Positions 9,329 through 22,493 of a stretch of DNA of 64,000 nt are shown piece by piece. How positions within the stretch are numbered: position 1 is the stretch's first letter; each line of letters opens with the position of its first letter. The position numbers and the translations under genes are program-made. The stretch is from Candidatus Poribacteria bacterium. GTDB lineage: Bacteria > Poribacteria > WGA-4E > WGA-3G. Below the pieces are notes generated by a model that saw nothing but the letters and a program-made list of their open reading frames with translations, did no database searches and had not been told where the DNA came from. The stretch spans positions 286,694 to 350,693 of the forward strand of contig OY730443.1 in assembly GCA_963422705.1 (NCBI GenBank), in the 5' to 3' direction.

Positions 9329-10711
9329 TTGAGGGAGAAGCCTATGCCACAAACAGATGCCCATAAACCCAATGTCATCGTCTTTTTCACCGACCAGCAG
9401 CGATGGGATACCTCTGGATTGCACGGGAATCCGCTTGAACTGATGCCAAATTTTGATAGGATGGCACAACAAGGAACGCACCTTCAGCGTTCGTTCACGT
9501 GTCAACCTGTGTGCGGCCCTGCACGTTCCTGTCTACAAACCGGACGCTACGCAACAAGCACGGGATGTTTTCGCAACGGTATCTCGTTGTCCCCCGAGCA
9601 CAAAACCCTCGCACATCACTTCGGCGCGACAGGTTACGCGACAGGCTACATCGGTAAGTGGCACCTCTACAGCGGCGGCAGAGGGCCCGGGCCGGTACCG
9701 GCCGCACACCGCGGCGGATACGACTATTGGTTAGCCTCTAACGTACTAGAATTCACGTCTGATGCTTATCAAACGACGCTTTACGACAATGACAATCAGC
9801 CAGTCGAGTTGCCCGGTTACCGCGTCGATGCGCTCACCGACGCCGTCATTCGCTATATTGACAATAAGAAAAAAGAGCCGTTTTACCTTTTTACGTCATA
9901 CATTGAACCGCATCACCAGAATCATTTGGACGATTATCCGCCTCCGGACGGTTACCGGGAACGTTATACCGGCAAGTGGATACCACCGGACCTCGCCGCA
10001 CTCGGCGGCTCAACGCACCAGCACCTCGGTGGCTACTACGGTATGGTGAAACGCCTTGACGAAGCATTAGGACGAATTTTGGACGCGCTCAAAAGCCTCA
10101 ATCTACTTGATAACACCATCGTTCTCTTTACCTCGGACCACGGCTGCCATTTTAAAACCCGCAACGGCGAATACAAACGTTCGTGTCATGAGAGTTCCAT
10201 ACGCGTCCCAACCGCTTTCTACGGGCCCGGTTTCATTGGCGGCGGACAAATCCAACAGCTCGTTAGCCTGGTTGACCTGCCGCCAACCTTGCTAGACGCC
10301 GCAGGATTGACAGTGCCAGGTGAAATGCAGGGCAACTCGGTTCTACCGCTTTTGCGTGGAGAAATAGACGCCTGGCCCGAGGAAATCTTCGTCCAAATTA
10401 GCGAAGCACAAGTCGGTAGAGCCGTGCGGACGCAACGTTGGAAATACTGTGTAGACGCGCCGAATAAAAACGGTGCAAAAGATGCAGGCTCATCGCATTA
10501 CGTAGAGCAGTACCTCTATGACATGCATGCAGACCCACACGAATTGCGAAATCTCATCGGATTGCAGTCACATGAAATTGTGACAGCCGTTATGCGTGAA
10601 CGTCTAGTTCGGCGCATGCTTGAAGCGGGTGAAGCGGCACCAACCATAGAACAAGCGGCGACACAACGGAGTGGGCAGCGCAGCGTGACGGAAGCCGAAG
10701 CAAGGAGTTAA
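9329..10711 (+). CDS. sulfatase (formylglycine-dependent arylsulfatase family)
   Basis: VIVFFTDQQRWD metal-binding N-terminus. C-x-P-x-R signature CGPARS. LFTSDHG motif. The likely start is the ATG at 9344, with RBS gagggag upstream. Confidence 0.85.
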   Translation: MREKPMPQTDAHKPNVIVFFTDQQRWDTSGLHGNPLELMPNFDRMAQQGTHLQRSFTCQPVCGPARSCLQTGRYATSTGCFRNGISLSPEHKTLAHHFGATGYATGYIGKWHLYSGGRGPGPVPAAHRGGYDYWLASNVLEFTSDAYQTTLYDNDNQPVELPGYRVDALTDAVIRYIDNKKKEPFYLFTSYIEPHHQNHLDDYPPPDGYRERYTGKWIPPDLAALGGSTHQHLGGYYGMVKRLDEALGRILDALKSLNLLDNTIVLFTSDHGCHFKTRNGEYKRSCHESSIRVPTAFYGPGFIGGGQIQQLVSLVDLPPTLLDAAGLTVPGEMQGNSVLPLLRGEIDAWPEEIFVQISEAQVGRAVRTQRWKYCVDAPNKNGAKDAGSSHYVEQYLYDMHADPHELRNLIGLQSHEIVTAVMRERLVRRMLEAGEAAPTIEQAATQRSGQRSVTEAEARS

Positions 10712-10712
10712 C

Positions 10713-13123
<2,411 letters not shown>

Positions 13124-13202
13124 TTTCTCGATTAGGAGCAATCCAGGGTATCACTGAATTTTAGCATGTTAGCCAAAAGCGTTTGGGTAATAGATATGAA
13201 CA

Positions 13203-14210
13203 TTATAATCGCTCTATCAGAAATGCGATTCCCTGTTCTAGATTGATTTCATGTTCCCCTTGAAAATCATCTAGGATTAAATTCTCAGGGTGCCCGGCGG
13301 CGTTGTATATGTTTTGGAGGTGCGTGAACGCTTCAAGCGCATCAGATTGAATGAAACAGTTATCGTCAGAACCGATTTGCACCAGGCAGGCACGCGGCGC
13401 GATTAACCCGGCCACGTCAGCAATATCGCCATGGCTTCTGAGTCCGAACATAAATTGGGAACCGCACGTATTGCCGCGTCCGCGTTCATTGAGGGCATCC
13501 GTCAGTGTACTTAAGTAACAGATTATCCCTGCTGCCTTAACCCGGCGATCAAGTGCTGCAATGTATGTCGTCATTGTACCGCCGAAGGAGCACCCCATGC
13601 ATCCAAGTCGTCTGCTGTCCACTTCAGGCATCGATTGAAGATAATCGAGGCATCGCTGCCCATCTGAGATGTTGAGTTGCAGCAATTGATAGCCGAAATA
13701 GCCGAGTGCTAAGTAGGCGATGTTACAGGCATCTCGTCCGGGCCGTCGTGCCCACTCATCGCGTTCTTTTCGCTCTCCGAAGCACCGCCAATCCGGGGCA
13801 ATGGTGACAAATCCACGTTTTGCCAATTCCAGGGCATACTGTTTCTGATAGTCTTGCACAATGCCGACAGGACCATCTTTCCCGACACCATGTCCGTGCG
13901 CGCATAAGACTGCAGGCGCAGGGCGTTCCTCACTCGCGCTATCTGGAATTAAGACGTACGCCGGTATCGATGAGAACGCATCCGGATTAAAGATAATTTT
14001 TTTCCGCGTATATCCATCAAATCCGGTCTTTTCCAACGTTTCGACATCAAGTGGTACCGATTCAGGTTTACTACCGAGGCGTTTCACAAGGGCTTGCCGA
14101 AATTTTCTGCGCCACCCGCGCCATTCCGCCTCGGTTTTCCCCTTGAAATGTAGGGGTGGTGTCGTTTTGAGCAGTTGCTGCACGCTCTGTTCAGCTGTCA
14201 AAAATCTCAT
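13203..14210 (-). CDS. alpha/beta-hydrolase (dienelactone hydrolase / acetyl-xylan-esterase-like)
   Basis: Nucleophile elbow GCSFGG. HGHG oxyanion region. About 335 aa. Confidence 0.55.
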   Translation of the reverse strand: MRFLTAEQSVQQLLKTTPPLHFKGKTEAEWRGWRRKFRQALVKRLGSKPESVPLDVETLEKTGFDGYTRKKIIFNPDAFSSIPAYVLIPDSASEERPAPAVLCAHGHGVGKDGPVGIVQDYQKQYALELAKRGFVTIAPDWRCFGERKERDEWARRPGRDACNIAYLALGYFGYQLLQLNISDGQRCLDYLQSMPEVDSRRLGCMGCSFGGTMTTYIAALDRRVKAAGIICYLSTLTDALNERGRGNTCGSQFMFGLRSHGDIADVAGLIAPRACLVQIGSDDNCFIQSDALEAFTHLQNIYNAAGHPENLILDDFQGEHEINLEQGIAFLIERL

Positions 14211-14296
14211 AAGGATTAATGTCTCCTCTTGTTGTGAGTATCACAAGCCCCCGTGCAACCCAATTTAATTTGTGTATTTCCTGTCGTCGGATGTGG

Positions 14297-15559
14297 CTAG
14301 CTCCACAATCTATCATTTGCACGTTCATCATCCCATTGCGTTGTCGATGGGAAATAGGTTTGTTCATCTGGGTGCAGATGTTGTCGTATGACGTCCTCGT
14401 TGAGTTCGATGCCGAGTCCGGGTGTTTCCGGTACGTCGATGTATCCATCTTGTATAATGGGGTTCGGCAATCCGGTGACAATCTCATTCCACCACGGTTC
14501 ATCGATGGAGTGATTTTCCAAAACGAGAAAGTTCTGTGTAGCTGCGGCGCAGTGTACACTCGCCATGGCGGCGATGGGGGTACCTGCCATATGTAGTGCC
14601 ATGGCGATACCGTGTTCCTCGGCGATGTCTCCGATTTTCTTCGTCTCTAAAATTCCGCCTGATGTGGCAATATCTGGGTGTGCTATTGCAATGCCTCGTT
14701 TCTCAAAAAGAGGGATAAACCCTTCCTTACAGTAGATGTCCTCGCCTGTACAGATAGGTGTGGCACATGCGGTAGCGAGTCTGACGTATTGTTGGGTGTA
14801 TTGCCAGGGTACCATATCTTCGAGCCATGCGAGGTTATATTTCTCTAGTGCGTGAGCGATTCGGATGCAATCTTCAATTCCGATATGTCCGAAATGATCG
14901 GCTGCGAGTGGAATTTCATAACCGATGATGTTTCGTACTGTGTCGACGTATTCAGCTAATATGGATATCCCCTTATCAGTGAGTCTGATTCCGGTAAATG
15001 GATGGCTGATGTTGTGTGTGTCTAGGTTTCCGTGGGGTGCCGCGATTGTTCCTGGGGTTCCTCTGAGCAAGTGGATGCCGATGTCCATCTTCAAAAAAGT
15101 GAATCCGTCGTCGATGCGCTGTTGTAATTTTTTCGCCATCTGTTGAGGTTCTTTGAGTGATGGTGTATCGGCGTAGCATCGTATTTTGTCGCGAAATTTT
15201 CCGCCGGCGAGTTGATAACACGGTATGCCATAAGCTTTACCCACCAGGTCAAACAGTGCCATCTCGATGCCAGAAACGCCGCCGGCTTGTCGTGCGTGGT
15301 GTCCGAACTGTTTAATCTGTCGAAAGATTTTATCGATATTGCATGGATTCTCGCCCAAGATTCTGCTTTTGAGCATCAATGCATAAGTTGGGCTTGCGCC
15401 GTCTCGGACTTCGCCGAGTCCATATATGCCTTGGTTTGTCTGTATTTTGACAATTGGGCCGCCGATGCGTGTTCGTGCGATTCGCATATCCGTGATTTTG
15501 AGTTGCGAGGGGTGAGATGTGGTATTCAGATTTGCTAGGATATTTTCGTTTTGTTCCAC
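14297..15559 (-). CDS. enolase-superfamily dehydratase paralog (MR/MLE family)
   Basis: LKITDMRIAR...IQTNQGIYGLGEV capping domain. FLKMDIG, AADHFGH, LEDMVP, CTGED barrel motifs. Confidence 0.75.
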   Translation of the reverse strand: MEQNENILANLNTTSHPSQLKITDMRIARTRIGGPIVKIQTNQGIYGLGEVRDGASPTYALMLKSRILGENPCNIDKIFRQIKQFGHHARQAGGVSGIEMALFDLVGKAYGIPCYQLAGGKFRDKIRCYADTPSLKEPQQMAKKLQQRIDDGFTFLKMDIGIHLLRGTPGTIAAPHGNLDTHNISHPFTGIRLTDKGISILAEYVDTVRNIIGYEIPLAADHFGHIGIEDCIRIAHALEKYNLAWLEDMVPWQYTQQYVRLATACATPICTGEDIYCKEGFIPLFEKRGIAIAHPDIATSGGILETKKIGDIAEEHGIAMALHMAGTPIAAMASVHCAAATQNFLVLENHSIDEPWWNEIVTGLPNPIIQDGYIDVPETPGLGIELNEDVIRQHLHPDEQTYFPSTTQWDDERANDRLWS

Positions 15560-15764
15560 AATTATTTCTCCTGGGCGGCGTTCAGCTATCTGATATTTGG
15601 GTTAGTGCTCGAGTTCCTCATTTTTTTAGTGAGGTGTCGTGTGTACCGGGCAGTTTCTGCTTGAATTTAATCATGGATTTGAAATTTTGTCAAGTGATTT
15701 GAAAGTTATTGATAGGCGTCAGAAGCTGACACCGGCGCACGTGTAAAAATAAGCGCAAAAAATG

Positions 15765-15793
15765 TTGACAGGCGTGAAAAAACTTGATAAGAT
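15765..15793 (+). promoter_or_regulatory. sigma70-type promoter TTGACA-17-TAAGAT
   Basis: -35 TTGACA at 15765-15770, 17-nt spacer, -10 TAAGAT at 15788-15793, about 65 nt upstream of the 15858 start. Confidence 0.5.
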
Positions 15794-15857
15794 GTTTATC
15801 AATTCCACCCTCAGAGTGTGATAAGTGCATTCTGTTTTGATTTAGGAGCGATTAGGA

Positions 15858-17534
15858 ATGACAGTCCCTACGAACGCAGCGCTAATTTCCGCGTGGCGGG
15901 ATGCGCCTGCGCCGCTTTTAGGTGTTCTCCATGCTTTCCATGACAGGGACGGTTTTATTTCGGAGGCATCTCTTCGTGACATTGCGTCAGGTTTCCGTAT
16001 TCCGCTAGCGGAGCTATTTGGTACATTAACGTTTTACCATCATTTTGCGTTGTCGCCGCCGGGTCAAACGGTGCCGCGCGTGTGTACTGGGCCCGTCTGT
16101 AGGTTAAAAGGGGGCTTAGAGATTCTGAATGCGCTGGCGGCGGAGGGTGCGACGGCGATGCCGTGCGCTGGCCGGTGCGACGCTGGTGTTCCTGTGCTGA
16201 AAGGGCATGAAGTTCTGACAGGCAATTGTGCGTCAACGCTTGCGATTGAACCGACGCCACTCCCGGTGCCGAATCCGGGTGGTTACGAAGAGTGTATCTT
16301 CGCGGAAATCCGTGAAGCTGAGTATAATACCCTTGCTGGTTACCAGCGTACAGGTGGCTACGCGGGGCTAAATCGCGTGGTAACGAATCTTTCCGGGACG
16401 GATGTGATTGCAATCTTGAAGGAGAGCCAGTTAGCCGGGCGTGGTGGTGCTGGGTTTCCGACGGGTGCGAAGTGGGAATCAGTGCGGAATGCCGCTGGGT
16501 GCCCGAAAACGATTGTCTGCAATGCGGATGAGGGGGAACCTGGGTGTTTCAAGGACAGGGTTATTCTTGATTATGCGCCTCACGCCGTTCTTGAAGGGAT
16601 GGCACTGGCGGCGTATACGACGGGGGCAACCCGCGGTTTTATCTACCTCCGGTATGAGTACCCTCAAACCGTGAAACGACTTGAACGCGCGATTGCTGAA
16701 GCGGAGGGTGGCGGGTTGCTGGGTGATAATATCCTCGGTACCGGGTTTAATTTCCGGGTTCATGTGAGGCGTGGTGCGGGTGCCTATGTGTGTGGTGAGG
16801 AGGGCTCGCTGCTGAATAGCCTTGAAGGGAAGCATCCATTTCCGCGGAATCGGCCGCCGTATCCTGTGACGCACGGGTTTGAGAACCTGCCGACAGTGGT
16901 AAACAATGTGGAGACGCTTGCGGCTGCGGTACAGATTGTTCGACACGGTGGGGCGTGGTATAAAGGGCTGAGTGATAACGCGAATGTCGCGGGCACAAAA
17001 ATTATTAGCTTATCCGGTGACATCCGTCGCCCTGGGAATTATGAAGTTCCATTCGGCTTGCCACTTCCGACGTTGCTCTATGATTGGGGCGGCGGTGCTG
17101 AGTCGGGACGTTCAGTTCAGGCGATTACGACAGCCGGCCTGTCTGGTGGTTTTATCGCGGGTACGGATTTGGACATCACGATTGATGAGCCGAGCTTCCA
17201 AAAAGTCGGTGCGATGCTGGGGGCGGCGGGCATTATGGTGTTCGACGACACGCGAGATATGTTGGACGTTGCGCACAATGCGATGGAATTTTTCGCCGAT
17301 GAATCTTGTGGTAAGTGTTTTCCGTGCCGCATCGGTACACACCGTCTGACAGAGCTGTTATCATCGGCGCGTTCAGTTCATCCTTCAAATCTGGAGGCGT
17401 ACCGTCCGCTCCTGAAAGAGATTGGCGAGGTGATGAAAGCGACAAGTGCCTGTGGGCTTGGCACGGCTGCGCCTGCTATCACGGATAGCTTAATGCGATA
17501 TTTCTCGGGGCCAGTGGGGCATCAAGAGGATTAG
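15858..17534 (+). CDS. NuoE-NuoF-like fused NAD(H)-binding flavoprotein (diaphorase subunit of an NADH dehydrogenase, formate dehydrogenase or hydrogenase)
   Basis: N-terminal thioredoxin-like [2Fe-2S] Cys set (CTGPVC...CAGRC). FMN/NADH site GRGGAGFPTGAKW. GAGAYVCGEE. C-terminal 4Fe-4S CGKCFPCR. Confidence 0.75.
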   Translation: MTVPTNAALISAWRDAPAPLLGVLHAFHDRDGFISEASLRDIASGFRIPLAELFGTLTFYHHFALSPPGQTVPRVCTGPVCRLKGGLEILNALAAEGATAMPCAGRCDAGVPVLKGHEVLTGNCASTLAIEPTPLPVPNPGGYEECIFAEIREAEYNTLAGYQRTGGYAGLNRVVTNLSGTDVIAILKESQLAGRGGAGFPTGAKWESVRNAAGCPKTIVCNADEGEPGCFKDRVILDYAPHAVLEGMALAAYTTGATRGFIYLRYEYPQTVKRLERAIAEAEGGGLLGDNILGTGFNFRVHVRRGAGAYVCGEEGSLLNSLEGKHPFPRNRPPYPVTHGFENLPTVVNNVETLAAAVQIVRHGGAWYKGLSDNANVAGTKIISLSGDIRRPGNYEVPFGLPLPTLLYDWGGGAESGRSVQAITTAGLSGGFIAGTDLDITIDEPSFQKVGAMLGAAGIMVFDDTRDMLDVAHNAMEFFADESCGKCFPCRIGTHRLTELLSSARSVHPSNLEAYRPLLKEIGEVMKATSACGLGTAAPAITDSLMRYFSGPVGHQED

Positions 17535-17591
17535 TGCGGGCGTCGTCTTCCGAATGAGAAGTCGGTATCAGCGCAATCAGTTTTTCCTCCG

Positions 17592-18776
17592 GTGAGGTAT
17601 TATTTGGTGTGGAATCGCGGTTTTCTTCTCCTCTGCGTCCTCATGTTTCTCATCGGGTTGGTAGTTGGCCCGGTGCTTCTGCTTTTTCCCGTCTATGCCG
17701 GGGCGATTTTAGTGAAAGATACGTTATTTGCGGCGTTGTTGCGTTCGGTGCCAATCGGTTTAGGCGGTATATCTGCGATGCTAGGCGGTATCATCAGCGA
17801 CAGGTTCGGGCGAAAATTCACATTGCTTCTCGGCATGACGGGCGCGATTGCAATCGGTGGGCTGTTTACGACACAAACGCCGCTGTTTATCTGGGGCGTG
17901 CTCTGCTATGAAGGGGTTGCCTCCGGCTTTAAAACGGCGGGTGGGCAATCCTATCTTATCGGCGCTGTCCCCGCGCGTCAATTGGGGTTAGCGACAAGCC
18001 TTTACTTCATGAGCACAAATGTGGGGAGTGCCGTCGGTAATGCGTTAGCGGGTGAAGTGATAACTCGAGTGGGTTATCCGGCGTTCGGGTGGGGCGCGAT
18101 TTTCCTATTAGGTTTCCTGTTTTTGTGTGCGTGCCTCGTTTTACCTCCGTTAAAACAAGCCGGTTTAGTGAATGGCGTTAAAAGCGTTGCGGTACATCGC
18201 CCCAATCTCCGTGCTTATGTAGATTTATGCCGGCGCCGTGACATGCGGATGCTTATCGGTTTACGATTCCTGCCAACCTACTATTGGGGGAGTGTTAACC
18301 TACTGATGCCGGTGCTCATTTCACGGGTTGCTGATGTTAAAACCGCCGGCTATTATGGCACAATTAGTCTACTGTTCGCTTTGGTGTGTCAATTAGCCGT
18401 TGGCAAAATTTGTGATACTGTGGGGCATCGCGCGCCTGCGTTCGTCGCCAATTTGCTTGTTACCGTTCTCACTTTTGGCGTGGTGTTTTTTCACAAATCC
18501 TTAGTGGCACTCGAATTTTTCGGGGTGCTCGGTACAGGGGCGGCGTGGGCACTATCAACGACTATCCCGCGCTTTATCAACGAATTTACGGCGCCGGCTG
18601 AAAAAGGGCACGGTGTTGGTTTGACACATTTCGCGTGGAGTACCGGATTCCTGGCCGGTTACGTCGCGAGCGGCTTTTTAATTGAGATATCCGTCCAGGT
18701 TCCATTTATTGTTGCAGGAATTTTCCTAATGTTTTCAACTGTCATCGCTTACACGCTTTGTCAGGATACCCATTAA
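17592..18776 (+). CDS. MFS transporter
   Basis: About 12 hydrophobic helices. The DRFGRK motif between TM2 and TM3 is typical of MFS. Confidence 0.65.
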   Translation: MRYYLVWNRGFLLLCVLMFLIGLVVGPVLLLFPVYAGAILVKDTLFAALLRSVPIGLGGISAMLGGIISDRFGRKFTLLLGMTGAIAIGGLFTTQTPLFIWGVLCYEGVASGFKTAGGQSYLIGAVPARQLGLATSLYFMSTNVGSAVGNALAGEVITRVGYPAFGWGAIFLLGFLFLCACLVLPPLKQAGLVNGVKSVAVHRPNLRAYVDLCRRRDMRMLIGLRFLPTYYWGSVNLLMPVLISRVADVKTAGYYGTISLLFALVCQLAVGKICDTVGHRAPAFVANLLVTVLTFGVVFFHKSLVALEFFGVLGTGAAWALSTTIPRFINEFTAPAEKGHGVGLTHFAWSTGFLAGYVASGFLIEISVQVPFIVAGIFLMFSTVIAYTLCQDTH

Positions 18777-18861
18777 AAAGGAATTGTTAAGGATGTCTCT
18801 GTCGCGCTGCGTACAAAGACATGCCGAATAAAATTACTCATCCCTTAGAAAGGAAGATAAT

Positions 18862-19389
18862 ATGATTATTGCAGAACTTGATTTGGAAAATGCGGAGCAC
18901 CTTGAGCTTACAGCTGCGCAGTGGCGTTATGCCGACGGGCTTGTCCCCGGCGAGCCGAATGGCGGTTTAGTCAATCACTTGCAAGAGGCACCCGCCCGTC
19001 TAGCGGATTACGACGATTCCGGGTGGGCGGTTTGTGAAAACATCCAAGAAATCGTCTCAACCGGTTTCTGCTTCGGCTGGTATCGGATTACTGTCACAAT
19101 CCCGGAAGAGGTTAACGGGGTTTCGGTGGCCGGTTCCCAGGTATGGTTTCATACGTGCATAGACGATTACGGTGAAGTCTGGGTAGACGGCGAGATTGAT
19201 TTGGCGTTCGGTAGCTCCGGGCGGGGTGCAGCTTCTGGTTTCAACGCCCCGCAGCGCGTGGTTCTCTCTCAAAGCGCGACGGGAGGGGCCAAACATGTCA
19301 TTGCGTGCTTAGCTGTCAATGGGCCATTTGCGAGACCGGGGGGCGGTATTTTCCTCCGTTTCGCGAAATTAGAATTTGAGCAGCAATAA
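18862..19389 (+). CDS. hypothetical protein (beta-sandwich-like, 175 aa)
   Basis: ORF with RBS-like aggaag upstream. No motif recognised. Confidence 0.4.
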   Translation: MIIAELDLENAEHLELTAAQWRYADGLVPGEPNGGLVNHLQEAPARLADYDDSGWAVCENIQEIVSTGFCFGWYRITVTIPEEVNGVSVAGSQVWFHTCIDDYGEVWVDGEIDLAFGSSGRGAASGFNAPQRVVLSQSATGGAKHVIACLAVNGPFARPGGGIFLRFAKLEFEQQ

Positions 19390-19400
19390 ATTCTTCACGC

Positions 19401-19433
19401 CTGTAGGGTGCGGGGGTGGCCCTCGCCCTACAG
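19401..19433 (+). terminator. GC-rich hairpin ctgtaggg...ccctacag between the 18862 ORF and queC (no U-tract)
   Basis: 8-bp perfect inverted repeat with a GC-rich loop, read from the sequence. Confidence 0.3.
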
Positions 19434-20139
19434 CTACCGAAAGGAATCCGGATTGAAAAAAAGAGCAGTCTTATTATTAAGTGGCGGTATCGATTCCGTC
19501 ACCACACTTGCTATAGCCGTTAAGGAAGGGTATGAGATTTACGCGATGAGTTTCAGATACGGGCAGCGGCACCAATTCGAATTGAGATGTGCCGAGAATA
19601 TCGCAAAACTCATCGCGGTTCAGAAGCATACAGTTGTCGACATAGGGCTGCGGGTATTCGGCGGTTCAGCCTTGACAGCTGACGTGGAGGTACCGAAAAA
19701 TCGTTCAGCTGCGGAAATGGGAGCACGTATTCCGATTACATACGTGCCTGCCCGGAATACCATCTTCCTTTCTTACGCGCTCGCGTGGGCGGAGGTGCTC
19801 ACCGCGGATACGATTTTTATCGGTGTCAACGCCGTAGATTATAGCGGTTACCCGGATTGCCGTCCGGAGTATATTCGCGCCTATCAGACGATGGCAAACC
19901 TGGCTACCAGGGTAGGGGTTGAGGGCAGAACGCGATTGAGTATTCAGACACCCCTGATTGATAAAACAAAGGCAGAGATTATCCGAATTGGTACGTCCCT
20001 CGGTGTCGATTATAGCCTCACATTGAGTTGCTACGCTCCGGATTTGGGCGGCAAGGCTTGTGGGGAGTGCGACAGTTGCTTGTTACGTAAGAGAGGGTTT
20101 CAAGAGGCCGGATTTCCGGATCCGACGTGTTACCAATGA
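19408..20139 (+). CDS. queC: 7-cyano-7-deazaguanine synthase
   Basis: LLSGGIDSV (PP-loop). YGQRH. C-terminal zinc Cys cluster [13 protein letters not shown]. The real start is probably the TTG/Leu near 19453 ([11 protein letters not shown]). Confidence 0.85.
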   Translation: MRGWPSPYSYRKESGLKKRAVLLLSGGIDSVTTLAIAVKEGYEIYAMSFRYGQRHQFELRCAENIAKLIAVQKHTVVDIGLRVFGGSALTADVEVPKNRSAAEMGARIPITYVPARNTIFLSYALAWAEVLTADTIFIGVNAVDYSGYPDCRPEYIRAYQTMANLATRVGVEGRTRLSIQTPLIDKTKAEIIRIGTSLGVDYSLTLSCYAPDLGGKACGECDSCLLRKRGFQEAGFPDPTCYQ

Positions 20140-20918
20140 AGGTATCGGCGTTCATTGAAAGAGGCAGATGGGCGTTCACTCCAACCGTGTCTCGTCGCTT
20201 ACGTAGGGAAAAAATGGTTAAAGCGATTTTCTTTGATTTCTATAAAACATTGTGTGTCTGGCAAGGTTCACTTGAGGCAACCCTTCAAAAAGTTGCGGAA
20301 CGCTATCGTGTTGACATCGATTGGAAGTGTTATGCGTCGGCGCGTGAATCTCTGTATGCAGAAGGCTCTGCTTCCGCCCCAGCGAATCACAATTTCCGAG
20401 CATCGCTAGAAAAAATCTTCGACAGTTATTGCGAATTGTTAAAGCGGGTAGGTGTGAAAGCGCATGTGGAACAGATGACGTGGGAGCTCTTGCAATATGA
20501 ACACTCGCTCTTCTCTGCGAGTAAAGCGACGCTCTACGAAGACGTTATTCCCACCCTCCGGCAATTACAGGGTACCGGCGTGAAGATGGCGATTGTTTCG
20601 AACTGGGATACCCCGTTACACAATCTGAGCGAACGGTTAAACATTGCTGGCTACTTCGACGCGATTGTCGCTTCTCACGACGAACGTGTCCTGTCGATAA
20701 AACCGGAACCGGCAATTTTCAATTACGCATTGGGGGCGGTAGGCGTTTTAGCTGAAGAGACTGTTCACGTAGGCGATACCTACGAAGCAGATATTGTTGG
20801 TGCGCAAGGGGTAGGCATCCGGGCGATTTTAATTGATAGGGCTGGGGAACAACCCGGAAGATGGGAGGAGACAATTCAACGCCTCTCTGAATTACCGGGG
20901 CTGCTTAAGAGCGGCTAA
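20127..20918 (+). CDS. HAD-superfamily hydrolase
   Basis: Motif I-like [18 protein letters not shown]-terminal GD...D. The start is probably at MVKAIFFDF (about 20212). Confidence 0.55.
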   Translation: MLPMKVSAFIERGRWAFTPTVSRRLRREKMVKAIFFDFYKTLCVWQGSLEATLQKVAERYRVDIDWKCYASARESLYAEGSASAPANHNFRASLEKIFDSYCELLKRVGVKAHVEQMTWELLQYEHSLFSASKATLYEDVIPTLRQLQGTGVKMAIVSNWDTPLHNLSERLNIAGYFDAIVASHDERVLSIKPEPAIFNYALGAVGVLAEETVHVGDTYEADIVGAQGVGIRAILIDRAGEQPGRWEETIQRLSELPGLLKSG

Positions 20919-22185
20919 ACTTCGATTTTAATGCCCATAGTCCTTGCCCCGGCTCACTAATATAGAAAATTTCGTCCTCATTAAACCCATCTACCAGGGT
21001 TTCCGGGTGATATGTCGCAAGCACTTTATCTAACGGTGCCCACTTGTACCCGACAGATTCAATTTCGGCTTGCGTGAGATGCCTGGTTGCATAGATGACA
21101 TTGAACCTGTCTTCCGTACTTCCGTGGATTAAGTGAGCTGCCGCTGATAGATTCTGTTGGAGTTCAGAATTCTTTTGAACGGCGTTGAGGGTAGCGGTTG
21201 TGCCGCGATATCCGTATTTTCGGATGAGCCGGTCAATTTCCGTATCCTCGCCGAATTCGCGGAGCCCCGGTGCGATGATAATCAACGTGCCGTTATCCGC
21301 CATCGCCAGGCGGGTGCGGTAGATGGCTTTGTTCCCGAGCCATGTGCTTTTAAACTCCCCCGGTTCCAAAGAGACGACGACTTTTTGCAAAGGCACATCT
21401 AAAAAAGTTAGATTGACGGCGCGGCTCAATTCGGCGGCTGTCTCAAAGGTGTGTGCATCATCGCCGATGTAAAGCCCCCGCATCACCCGTTCCCCGTCGG
21501 CATTGACATCCATAACGGACATTACATAGAGAATGTTGAGCGGTTTGAGGTAGTGTAGGTGTGCGTAGTTGAGTACCCGCCGGACTGAGGTGTCGGTTTT
21601 CCCCATCAAGCGTTCCATCCCATCGACGGCGCCTAAAAAATGGGATTTATTAATCATCTCAACTCCGCCTGTTCCGACAAGAATGTTCTTAAACCCGTTT
21701 GCCATTCCGACGACTTCGTGTGGAATAACCTGCCCGACAGAGATGATGAGTTCGTAGTCCCCGTCAACCAAGCGTCGATTCACAGCGACGGGAATGCTAT
21801 AATTGACTTTTCCTTTTGAAAGCTGGTTGACAAACTCGGCCGGGACCTCCCCAAAGTAGTGGAGCCCGCTTCGCCAGTTATGAACGTGATAGGTTGCCTT
21901 TGGCAGTTGTCCGTACATCTCGTTAATCTGTTCGGGTGTCATCGGGGCATGCGTGCCGATTGCGGGGAGAATATCAAATCTATTTCCGTTTTCCGCATCC
22001 CAGAGCTTATAAAGCATTCGGGTGAGTTCGCCCGCATTTGAATGTAAGCGGGTGAGATCTGGCGGAATCACCAACACGTTCTTCGGTATCCCGCCCCGTT
22101 TCAGCAGCGCCTCCTGTAACAACGCTCGTTTCTCTTGAGATGTAATGACGGTGTCTTTCCCCCCATAGGCAATGGCGGTTGACAT
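20905..22185 (-). CDS. LarA-like (DUF2088 / lactate-racemase-family) protein
   Basis: Collinear with LarA blocks: VLVIPPDLTRL vs IVIISSDHTRP, ILPAIGTHAPMTPEQI vs ILVATGFHRPSTHEEL, and a Gly-rich GxxGGxK block. The His equivalent to LarA H108 is absent. Confidence 0.5.
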   Translation of the reverse strand: MSTAIAYGGKDTVITSQEKRALLQEALLKRGGIPKNVLVIPPDLTRLHSNAGELTRMLYKLWDAENGNRFDILPAIGTHAPMTPEQINEMYGQLPKATYHVHNWRSGLHYFGEVPAEFVNQLSKGKVNYSIPVAVNRRLVDGDYELIISVGQVIPHEVVGMANGFKNILVGTGGVEMINKSHFLGAVDGMERLMGKTDTSVRRVLNYAHLHYLKPLNILYVMSVMDVNADGERVMRGLYIGDDAHTFETAAELSRAVNLTFLDVPLQKVVVSLEPGEFKSTWLGNKAIYRTRLAMADNGTLIIIAPGLREFGEDTEIDRLIRKYGYRGTTATLNAVQKNSELQQNLSAAAHLIHGSTEDRFNVIYATRHLTQAEIESVGYKWAPLDKVLATYHPETLVDGFNEDEIFYISEPGQGLWALKSKFSRS

Positions 22186-22493
22186 AACGGTTTGCCCCTT
22201 TTTTTAGAGAGATGAATATGTGGTTTTCATAGCGGCCCCGGGTGGGGTTAACTTCCCGCGTGCGTTAAATCGAGATTCTGTTTATATTTTGCTTGAAAGG
22301 ATACTATTTTCGTGAAAAATAGTCAAGGAAATTATTTTAGCCTACAGAAAAAAACGGTGTTCATCGCGATTTCTCGTAGGCTGAAAAAAATAATGACAAA
22401 AATTCCGAAATTTTGTATTATATGAATACTTAGGGCTTTCTAAATAAAGGCGTTTATCATGAAAAAAAATTACAGCGTTCTTTACACGCCTTA

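Noticed and set aside
19395-19455. Possible preQ1 riboswitch upstream of queC
   Set aside because: preQ1 riboswitches commonly precede que genes, but the hairpin here (ctgtaggg...ccctacag with a G-rich loop) and the following sequence do not match the preQ1-I/II consensus I remember (P1 stem plus A-rich tail AAAAAACUA). It is more likely a terminator or attenuator hairpin for the upstream gene. Only a cmscan could revive this.
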